Part shown: piece after piece, positions 56,448 through 63,581 of the stretch
Layout: every line of letters begins with the position of its first letter
Numbering within the stretch: the stretch's first letter is position 1
DNA from: a virus
IMG/VR virus record: IMGVR_UViG_3300028840_004184
Span: 64,001 to 128,000 of that record
Length of the DNA stretch: 64,000 nucleotides
Reading direction: 5' to 3' (one strand)
Made by a program: the position numbers and the translations under genes
The notes under the pieces: generated by a model
Databases searched by the model: none
The model's input: only the letters and a program-made list of their open reading frames with translations
What the model was told of the DNA's origin: nothing

Positions 56448-56651
56448 TCATACTTGTCTTTTAAGCCACCCAATACATCTACGACACTCGACCCAACTAT
56501 ACACAATATCATAAGCACACCATTGGTATACTGCCCTTTTAGACATATGAGTACCACAAGCGGGTTTACCATCTTGTACGATGTGAACCTTCCCGCCATT
56601 CCTGCCCGGAATACCAAAGTATCCTGTTTCGTAATTACCTTTGTCTTTCAA
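56448..56651 (-). CDS. Small Zn-binding protein
   Basis: KVH...CGT...CRRC. Confidence 0.6.
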   Translation of the reverse strand: MKDKGNYETGYFGIPGRNGGKVHIVQDGKPACGTHMSKRAVYQWCAYDIVYSWVECRRCIGWLKRQV

Positions 56652-56898
56652 AATATATATCCAAAGTATAAGTCAATACACCATATGGAATCTTAGTTCC
56701 ATTTACCTTATGAAAACCGTCTACCTTAGACGTGTCTCTCCATCTACTATTTATAAAGTGATTCAAATATTTATCGTTATCACCCAACGTGTCTTTTATA
56801 GCCCTCCATGCCAATTGGTCCCAATCTAGTTGGGTGAGAACCCCATAATTTTCAGGATGCTTCCGGTATTTTTTCAGTACTATGGTTATTTTTTTCAT
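56635..56898 (-). CDS. Hypothetical protein
   Basis: Overlapping operon. Confidence 0.6.
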   Translation of the reverse strand: MKKITIVLKKYRKHPENYGVLTQLDWDQLAWRAIKDTLGDNDKYLNHFINSRWRDTSKVDGFHKVNGTKIPYGVLTYTLDIYFERQR

Positions 56899-57368
56899 CT
56901 AAGTTGTCCATTGATCATTTTTTCCCAAAACTCATGAATAACTTTTAGTTCACTCTTTGTGAATCTTATTTCAGCGGTAGAACTCGTTTTTGTAAACACG
57001 GCTCCCCATTGAGGGGCTGCTTTGCTATTTATTATACACAACCCATCTTGACTATAGTTACTATCCCAGACTGGTACCTGAATAGCATTGTTATGATCAA
57101 AAAAGAGCCATCTTTGTTTTACTATCTTTTCAATATCACTTCTACGAAAGAACCATTCTATTGTACTATTTAACACACTAACCCTGAAAAACGTATTTTC
57201 CGAACGATACGAAAAGAGAACACCATTTACATCGATGACGGTATTAGATGCGGAAGATATTTTATCATTAGAAGAACATTTTTCACAGACACAACTTGTC
57301 AGCAAGGGAATCATTTTATTTCCGCAAACTGGACATATCTTTTCACATTTAGTTCGCCTTGTTACCAC
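56895..57368 (-). CDS. LLTS Zn-ribbon-tagged protein
   Basis: ICPVCGNKMIPLLTSCVCEKC; GTG start after AAGGAG. Confidence 0.7.
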   Translation of the reverse strand: MVTRRTKCEKICPVCGNKMIPLLTSCVCEKCSSNDKISSASNTVIDVNGVLFSYRSENTFFRVSVLNSTIEWFFRRSDIEKIVKQRWLFFDHNNAIQVPVWDSNYSQDGLCIINSKAAPQWGAVFTKTSSTAEIRFTKSELKVIHEFWEKMINGQLR

Positions 57369-57441
57369 GGAACACTCCTTAACAAAAAAATATAGCGGCA
57401 AAACAGATCACGCGGGGGTTCCAAAGGGGGTATCCCCCTTT

Positions 57442-57645
57442 TTAGTCGTTTGGATCTACCTCACTGACGCCCTCGCCCTTTACCTGATCTTTAATCCTCT
57501 CTACGAGAATATACCACCAGTCTTTTTGGCTTCTATCAGACAAGCTGTTTATAAATTTAAAACCCGCCTCCTCTATAGAATCATTTTCATAAGGACACAA
57601 AAAGCCTGCTTTGTGGCGAAGCCTATCTTTTTTCTTCTTTTTCAA
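57442..57645 (-). CDS. Hypothetical protein
   Basis: 4-nt overlap with the DHH gene. Confidence 0.55.
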   Translation of the reverse strand: MKKKKKDRLRHKAGFLCPYENDSIEEAGFKFINSLSDRSQKDWWYILVERIKDQVKGEGVSEVDPND

Positions 57646-58517
57646 TTGGTTGTTCCATTTCCATCGAATAAAGTAAAAGGAGTTTCCTTACACTGAAAGC
57701 CAGATGCCCCCTTATGTCCGCCACCGCCGTGCTTTTTGGCGATATCCCCAACATTTACATCACCCTTCGTAGAATACATGGTCACAACCCAGTGTTTGCC
57801 ATTCTTGTTATAATAAACCATCATTGCATCATGTTTGTCGGGATCATACACAGAGTCGAACAACTTGGACCCAGGCATACAGGCGTTCGCCGCTATGAAA
57901 CGAAGGCCCTCAAATTCGAACTCATAACACAGTGGACCACACAAGAATTCGTTTTGTTTATTAACATACTTTTGAATTGTACGACCTTCACTGACAATAT
58001 CCATAACAAGCGTATAAGAAGGCAGCATTTTGTTACCATCAAACAATATATGCCACAAACGATCGTCATCTTCCGGATTCGTGTCTCGTTGCTTGATGCC
58101 ATACTGAAACGGCAGTACGTCCATGTCTTTATGATCCCAAACGTCATACCTACCCAACAGAAAGACAGAGCGAGGCATTACTTGGTTAGGGAACAGATAT
58201 TGCCACGTAAGTTCACATGCCGCGAATTTCGTATCACGTATACCGGCTATAGCAATTTCGAATGCATTGACGCCGTTTATAGCTGTTTCGTGATGATCAA
58301 TCCAAACCAAGTCACAATGATTAAACAATGTGATCATATCTTCGTGTGGCTGCAAGGAAAAATCGACCATAAAGACAATTTCGCCTTCTGTAATAGAATC
58401 CCACGGAAATTCTTCTCCGTAATCCATGCCGATCATTTCGCATTCTGGATATTTATGTTTGACAATTGCACCAGCACAGTGGCCGTCAAGGTCTGTTGAA
58501 TGATAAAAACATTTCAT
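57642..58517 (-). CDS. DHH/DHHA1 phosphoesterase (nanoRNase NrnB-like)
   Basis: YH..DLDG, VDFS, WIDHH, YDVW, GGGGH.GASGF. Confidence 0.92.
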   Translation of the reverse strand: MKCFYHSTDLDGHCAGAIVKHKYPECEMIGMDYGEEFPWDSITEGEIVFMVDFSLQPHEDMITLFNHCDLVWIDHHETAINGVNAFEIAIAGIRDTKFAACELTWQYLFPNQVMPRSVFLLGRYDVWDHKDMDVLPFQYGIKQRDTNPEDDDRLWHILFDGNKMLPSYTLVMDIVSEGRTIQKYVNKQNEFLCGPLCYEFEFEGLRFIAANACMPGSKLFDSVYDPDKHDAMMVYYNKNGKHWVVTMYSTKGDVNVGDIAKKHGGGGHKGASGFQCKETPFTLFDGNGTTN

Positions 58518-58536
58518 TGCTCAGTCGCCGCAAGGC

Positions 58537-58974
58537 TTAGTTGCAGCCTCCATTTTCTAACACAATTTTTCTTATAAAATTACCTATACGTTTAACGCCA
58601 TTGTTTTTAATAACTATAGAGTCTTTAAAAAGACGAACCCCTACGTCTGGCATCACTATCTTGCTAGCAATCGTTAATTTGCCAAACAGTATGGTAAAAT
58701 ATATCTCTCCAACACGCAATTTAGATGATGAAACTTCACTTAATAAAAAATCAGCTATTCTTGTTGCTTCTTTTTTAGAAAAATATACCCCTCTGGTATT
58801 TAGCATATCACATGACAATACCAATACATAATCTTCATGATCAGAATGTGACCATCGAGCATCATCAGTTATAATAGTTTTATCTGATGAGGTTGCTTTT
58901 TTATCGCATTCTTTGGAACAGTAAAACGAAGTTAGTAACAAAAGCATGTCTGCTCCGCATACAGGGCATTTCAT
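58537..58974 (-). CDS. LLTS Zn-ribbon-tagged protein
   Basis: MKCPVCGADMLLLLTSFYCSKEC. Confidence 0.7.
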   Translation of the reverse strand: MKCPVCGADMLLLLTSFYCSKECDKKATSSDKTIITDDARWSHSDHEDYVLVLSCDMLNTRGVYFSKKEATRIADFLLSEVSSSKLRVGEIYFTILFGKLTIASKIVMPDVGVRLFKDSIVIKNNGVKRIGNFIRKIVLENGGCN

Positions 58975-59706
58975 TTATTTTTTCCTCAGGGAGATAAGGA
59001 AATCATAGATTTCCTTTATGTCTTGCATCGCGAATGTATAAAAACTGTTTCTTTTTTTGCGACCGAAAGCATCTGGGGCTGTATATTTTACCTCAAGACT
59101 GGCTTCGGATTTATGGTGTTTCGAGACTGGACGATAATTAAAAGAGACATTTTTATATCCACATTGGCTTAGAAGAGTCCATTTATATAACTTTTCGTTA
59201 GAAAGAATATATTCCAGGTTTTCGGCTAGTACATGTGTATGGTTTTCACCGAATTCTAAAATATCCCTTAAGTCATGTCTAGAAATAGAAAGTTGACCAT
59301 CTCCGTATCTGAAACACACTTCGTTGTGTAGTATCAGTCGTTTATAGTTATGTGTACGACATTCTTGTTGTATAACATTTTTGTTGTCCGTTGGTGATGG
59401 CTCGACCAGGACTTCACTACGGCAGCTCATTTGATGATGACAAGCCGTGCAATTTAATAGACAATAGTCAAGACTACTCCAATTATTTTGTGAGCATAAC
59501 GAATTGTTTCTGTATAGAATGTCTTCGATGGCTGCTTTACGAGTTTCGATGGACTGATTCCATAAATGTCTTGCTAATGGTTCATCAACGGCTTTTGGCC
59601 CCTTGATACCACACTCACTACAGGTATAATTATTATGAAAACCCATTTCACGATTTAAAACGGCCAACCCACCACATAAACATTTGTCAAGGAAAGTCGC
59701 ATCCAT
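58975..59706 (-). CDS. Protein with N-terminal Lar-like Zn ribbon
   Basis: CLCGG.A......Y.C..CG..GP......A..LWN. Confidence 0.6.
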   Translation of the reverse strand: MDATFLDKCLCGGLAVLNREMGFHNNYTCSECGIKGPKAVDEPLARHLWNQSIETRKAAIEDILYRNNSLCSQNNWSSLDYCLLNCTACHHQMSCRSEVLVEPSPTDNKNVIQQECRTHNYKRLILHNEVCFRYGDGQLSISRHDLRDILEFGENHTHVLAENLEYILSNEKLYKWTLLSQCGYKNVSFNYRPVSKHHKSEASLEVKYTAPDAFGRKKRNSFYTFAMQDIKEIYDFLISLRKK

Positions 59707-60017
59707 TAGAATCCATCTCCTATTTTAAAACCACGGATATAATTATCGTCGTCGCCACATGGGTTATAGTCAGGATTGGGCTCTACTGGTCCATGTATAT
59801 GTTTTTTAATATGTATAGGGAAACATGGGATGATACAAATCCATATGTCTGTTGATATATGTCGTCTATGTTTTGGTGTCGCTCCTGGATGTGTTTGTCC
59901 AGTATAGTTATATGTTTTTTTCCAGTATACACCAATCCACATATCCCGTAGATTAAATTCCCATTTTACGCTTGTATTTTTCATGATTTTCCTTAAGTGC
60001 TTTATATGCTGGGTCAT
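59706..60017 (-). CDS. Hypothetical protein
   Basis: 'DMWIGVYW...WICIIPCFPI' phage pattern. Confidence 0.65.
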   Translation of the reverse strand: MTQHIKHLRKIMKNTSVKWEFNLRDMWIGVYWKKTYNYTGQTHPGATPKHRRHISTDIWICIIPCFPIHIKKHIHGPVEPNPDYNPCGDDDNYIRGFKIGDGF

Positions 60018-60228
60018 TAGTGTCAGCTTTGCCTAATGCCGACAGGATGTTAAGTTTTAGTACTTCTGGTATTCCTCGCCAATAACATATGTTGCCGCAA
60101 CCATCCTGACACTTAATATATTCTTCGCCATCCTCACCCTTGGAGAAGAACAAGGCATAATGCTTGCAAAAGGGACACTTTACTTTATCACCATGATCTG
60201 GTTTTAACATTATAGAAACCTTTTCCAT
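59953..60228 (-). CDS. Small Zn-ribbon protein
   Basis: CPFC...C..GCG. Confidence 0.55.
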   Translation of the reverse strand: MEKVSIMLKPDHGDKVKCPFCKHYALFFSKGEDGEEYIKCQDGCGNICYWRGIPEVLKLNILSALGKADTNDPAYKALKENHEKYKRKMGI

Positions 60229-60692
60229 ATATCGTGTTCGTTGTCAAGCTTGCTTTTAGTTCGCCGACCACGGATATTGTTGATAAGTTTGAATTCATTT
60301 GTTATACGATTTATCATAAGGCTATGTTTGCCTTTCATAAAAGCTTCTGATAGACCAGGCGGATCGGGCGGACACGACATCCAATTATTTATTCTTTCTT
60401 TTGTAGAATAACATATGGTCCATTCCGAGGTATCACTATTATTTATCATACCAAGCGGGAGGCCGTCTATATTAACAGATTTGGCATGTATAATAGAATA
60501 ACATTCGCCTATGTATTCCCAGTCTGAATCTTTTAATTCTATGCCATATGGCCTTTGTTGATACTGTGTTTTGAATATATTTCTATCCACATCGGGGGTT
60601 TTTGAGGGGGTCCCCTTAATGCATCCCTTGGGGCAATATGTCGAAGTCAGCAGCATTTCTAGCTCAGAACCACATACACTACACTTTTCCAT
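60210..60692 (-). CDS. LLTS Zn-ribbon-tagged protein
   Basis: MEKCSVCGSELEMLLTSTYCPKGC. Confidence 0.7.
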   Translation of the reverse strand: MEKCSVCGSELEMLLTSTYCPKGCIKGTPSKTPDVDRNIFKTQYQQRPYGIELKDSDWEYIGECYSIIHAKSVNIDGLPLGMINNSDTSEWTICYSTKERINNWMSCPPDPPGLSEAFMKGKHSLMINRITNEFKLINNIRGRRTKSKLDNEHDIWKRFL

Positions 60693-60855
60693 TGAAGTCT
60701 CCGAATATATTACTAAACATACCAGAAGTCATCATCGCTGCTTGAACTTTACGTATAAGGTCTTCAAGCCTTGCCCTGTGTGTAGGATCTCGTGTCACAC
60801 TAAATTCGATGCTAAGCTTCTCGTTAAACGTTTTTAATGTTTGTCTGATGTTCAT
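60679..60855 (-). CDS. Small hypothetical protein
   Basis: GGAG SD before MNIRQ. Confidence 0.5.
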   Translation of the reverse strand: MNIRQTLKTFNEKLSIEFSVTRDPTHRARLEDLIRKVQAAMMTSGMFSNIFGDFNGKV

Positions 60856-60877
60856 ATGGCTCCATAATGAAAAAAAT

Positions 60878-60976
60878 AGCGGAGATTGATGCATCTATAA
60901 CGGTGCTCTCTGCCATCAAGTGGCAGCAGCATTCCCGGCTTAATAGGCAATAGAAGGAAGATGCAATATAGCCGCT
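60878..60976 (-). ncRNA. CUUCCUU-bulge RNA motif, copy A
   Basis: AGCGG-CTAT-ATTGCAT-CTTCCTT-CTA...TAG-ATGCATC-AATCT-CCGCT. Confidence 0.75.
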
Positions 60977-60985
60977 CATATTAAC

Positions 60986-61041
60986 AGAGGTAATTATAAC
61001 ACCTAAATTTATCTTTAGAAGGAAGATGTTATATAGCCTCT
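60986..61041 (-). ncRNA. CUUCCUU-bulge RNA motif, copy B
   Basis: AGAGG-CTAT-ATAACAT-CTTCCTT-CTA...TAG-GTGTTAT-AATTA-CCTCT. Confidence 0.75.
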
Positions 61042-61073
61042 TTTTTATTATATAAAGTAGCCTTTATATTTCA

Positions 61074-61147
61074 GGTCGGTCGGGGACAAGATTCGATACT
61101 TGTCATATCGGGGATCAGCCGCAGTTTATCTTAACCTACCCGCCGAG
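61074..61147 (-). ncRNA. tRNA-mimic RNA
   Basis: TCGG-CGGG/CCCG-A-CCGA acceptor, short D arm, 3-bp anticodon stem, ACAAG-TATCGAAT-CTTGT T arm. Confidence 0.5.
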
Positions 61148-61170
61148 TTTGTTTGTTATCAAGGATCATC

Positions 61171-63333
61171 TTACAAAAACTCTCCCATAATAACATCATC
61201 ATCAAAATGAGTTACTACACGAGCACCTTCTTTAAGAGGCAGGGAGTTCACGTCGTCAACGACAGTAAATATGGTGTCGGCTTCTTCGATACTGACGAGT
61301 TCGCCGCGAGCCTCTACGTGTAAATTGAATAGATCGAAGAGAGTGGGTTTTACACAGATGAAGTTAGACATAGCTTTGCCCATGGCGATCATGCCTCTCT
61401 GGTTACTCTCGACGTTGTTCCCGCTCCACGAAGGTCTTTTCTTAAGAGCAAGATCGGTCCAAATCACCTTATTATTTTTAAGGTCTATAATCATAGGAAT
61501 ACAGATGCGAGTATTGGCGGTTAGATCGATTTTGTTTTCTACCGTCTTGGGCTCGTAAATTTCTCCGGAGCCAGGTTCTTCTCTGCTCATCCAACCCATA
61601 AAACATTCAGGGACCTTACAGAATGGCTGACCGCTATATGAAAGTACCGACCATACGATGTAACGAACACCATATCGTCTAGCGGACTCGATATCTATAT
61701 CAATGAATTCGCTTGCTCCATTGGGAGCATTAGTAATATCTCCGCTATGACATGCTTTATAAGCGTTTGACCTTATGCGTGTATATGATATATGCTCCTT
61801 ATAATTCCAGTCGTCGTCGTATAGAACAGCGGACGAATCAATATCAACGCGATTACTAGCGGATATGTTTTTCCAATGGATAAAGCTGCGTAAGGTTTTC
61901 ATATTTTCCGGCATATCCACCTGTGATCCACGAGTAATGGTCCGGAATGCACCGCTTGCCGACCTCTGAGAAAATGGAACGAGGTAGCTAGCAAGCCTTT
62001 CGTCGATATGTACGTTACCTAGACTACCCCTTTCCTTAAATATTGTACATAGTGCTTTATCGCACACTGTTACTACTCTTTGACAAATATCATCATCAAT
62101 CTCGGGCAGATGATTATCCATACTAAAGGCTTTAGCTATTGTTCTTTTGGGGAAAAACACCCTTGTATTATGCTCAAGGCTATTCCTGCCGCGAAAATGA
62201 GCCATAACCTGTAGCAACACCGGGACGGAGACCTTGCTGGCTACGGCAGCAAATCGAGCAATTATATTGCCGGGCCTCGCGGTCATTCTCATTAAATGAT
62301 CGAGTCTACGGGCGAATTCTCCCGGCCTCTGCTTAAGGAGATCGGCCGCCACGCGGGTTTCCCCTTGTGACAGGGCTGTTTCGACCTTACCATTAAAAGT
62401 CTTGATTTTCCTATGATTGTTACGGAGATTCCAGAAAGCACTATAAGCCTTTTCAAAACGCCCTTTATAATCACCAGGATGTAATTTTTCACCAAGACGA
62501 ATCCATTTCATGGTGTAACGCTTCATGTCTTCTTCAAGAAGCCCACACGCATGCTCTAATAGACCAAGTAGTAGTTTTCTTTCTGAGCGATTGAAATTAC
62601 GATAATTGGTGTTGGTAGCAAGACTTATATCACCATCTGACATGGATGTTGCCAGCCTCAAAACGTCGGTAGCTGTTTTGAAATAAGGTTTTAGAAACGT
62701 TATAGCGGCATCGTCAACCTGAATATTTTCAAGAACACACTTTGAAACCAGGGCTACGTTTTCTTTAAGAGGAATGGCATCAGGCAATAGTCGTTCAAGA
62801 TCATTTTTGTAGTATTCGACGTACCACATTACGTCAGTCTTATCGGTTTCCGACAGAGAAGTTTTTGAGTTGATTAGATTTTGTCCTATCTCCACAAACT
62901 CTTTTTCTGTACCTAGACCAATACCCTTGGGCTTGTGTGTTTCTAAAGACGGAAATCTTTCTTTGACTTCATATTCTGGAATCCATTCGCCGAAAGTCAG
63001 ATAGTGAAAAATGGCATTAATGTAAAGTTCAGCTTCAACCATTTCCATTACTTGCTGGGGGAAATTGGGATACATGGGTTTGTGACGAACGTTGGCACCC
63101 ACCATCTTTTTAAGGTTTGCGGCTATGTTCACGTAAAAAGTTTTAGCCTGATCGATGGATAATGTCCTTAGGGCGTTAACTAGATCTTTTGAGAAAGTAA
63201 AACCAAGGTTTTCGATATTACGCATCATAGTTGCGATGTACTGATCGGGAAGACAGTTGCTTTTGAACATTCTACTGGTTCCAGTGGGAATAAACACCTT
63301 TAGTTTTCTTCTCAGATAAATTTCGTTTCTCAT
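61171..63333 (-). CDS. 720-aa protein: large helical N-terminal region + C-terminal TerD-like domain
   Basis: 'HKPMYPNFPQQVM', 'TATDVLRLA', 'RPGEFARRLDHL'; TerD motifs 'VDIDSSAVLYD', 'HSGDITNAPNGASEFIDID'. Confidence 0.85.
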   Translation of the reverse strand: MRNEIYLRRKLKVFIPTGTSRMFKSNCLPDQYIATMMRNIENLGFTFSKDLVNALRTLSIDQAKTFYVNIAANLKKMVGANVRHKPMYPNFPQQVMEMVEAELYINAIFHYLTFGEWIPEYEVKERFPSLETHKPKGIGLGTEKEFVEIGQNLINSKTSLSETDKTDVMWYVEYYKNDLERLLPDAIPLKENVALVSKCVLENIQVDDAAITFLKPYFKTATDVLRLATSMSDGDISLATNTNYRNFNRSERKLLLGLLEHACGLLEEDMKRYTMKWIRLGEKLHPGDYKGRFEKAYSAFWNLRNNHRKIKTFNGKVETALSQGETRVAADLLKQRPGEFARRLDHLMRMTARPGNIIARFAAVASKVSVPVLLQVMAHFRGRNSLEHNTRVFFPKRTIAKAFSMDNHLPEIDDDICQRVVTVCDKALCTIFKERGSLGNVHIDERLASYLVPFSQRSASGAFRTITRGSQVDMPENMKTLRSFIHWKNISASNRVDIDSSAVLYDDDWNYKEHISYTRIRSNAYKACHSGDITNAPNGASEFIDIDIESARRYGVRYIVWSVLSYSGQPFCKVPECFMGWMSREEPGSGEIYEPKTVENKIDLTANTRICIPMIIDLKNNKVIWTDLALKKRPSWSGNNVESNQRGMIAMGKAMSNFICVKPTLFDLFNLHVEARGELVSIEEADTIFTVVDDVNSLPLKEGARVVTHFDDDVIMGEFL

Positions 63334-63360
63334 CTTAGTTCGTCCTTATAATAAATAAAA

Positions 63361-63443
63361 AAGGAAATTGACGCCTCTAATAAGGTAGCTCCCAAAGCTA
63401 CTGGCGAATCGCCAGTGATAGAAGGAAGAAGCGTCGTGGCCTT
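63361..63443 (-). ncRNA. CUUCCUU-bulge RNA motif, copy C
   Basis: AAGG-CCAC-GACGCTT-CTTCCTT-CTA...TAG-AGGCGTC-AATTT-CCTT. Confidence 0.75.
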
Positions 63444-63457
63444 AAAATTTTTAAAGC

Positions 63458-63528
63458 AGCAGGAAATTTTCCTATCTAATAACAATATAATGAATAGTTT
63501 TTAGAAGGAAGATAAGATGTAGTCTGCT
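63458..63528 (-). ncRNA. CUUCCUU-bulge RNA motif, copy D
   Basis: AGCAGA-CTAC-ATCTTAT-CTTCCTT-CTA...TAG-ATAGGAA-AATTT-CCTGCT. Confidence 0.75.
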
Positions 63529-63535
63529 TGTTTTT

Positions 63536-63563
63536 ATTATATACAATTTTCCAAGAAAGTCAA
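63536..63563 (-). promoter_or_regulatory. Sigma70-type promoter of the RNA/TerD-like locus
   Basis: TTGACT-N16-TATAAT; predicted start about at the 5' end of copy D. Confidence 0.75.
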
Positions 63564-63581
63564 GTAAAAAATCTAGAAATA

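Larger units (their letters stand above)
8471..58538 (+). repeat. Dispersed 20-bp motif RCTCARTCGCC-GNNR-GGCTT (19 copies found, all + strand)
   Basis: 8471, 10740, 18356, 18989, 19362, 20243, 21733, 22391, 24051, 25581, 26210, 26363, 27045, 28080, 33731, 38252, 44361, 50122, 58519. Confidence 0.85.

Noticed and set aside
57714-58499. Long antisense ORFs (also 32645..33112, 38637..39155, 57235..57696)
   Set aside because: Shadows of well-supported genes on the opposite strand
8471-58538. 20-bp repeat as a CRISPR array
   Set aside because: Copies are separated by 0.15-8 kb of genes, are degenerate, and no cas genes are present
60878-63528. AGAAGGAAG repeats as a mini-CRISPR or simple terminators
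   Set aside because: The conserved parts are unpaired bulges within covarying stems; there is no repeat-spacer periodicity and no U tract on the transcribed strand
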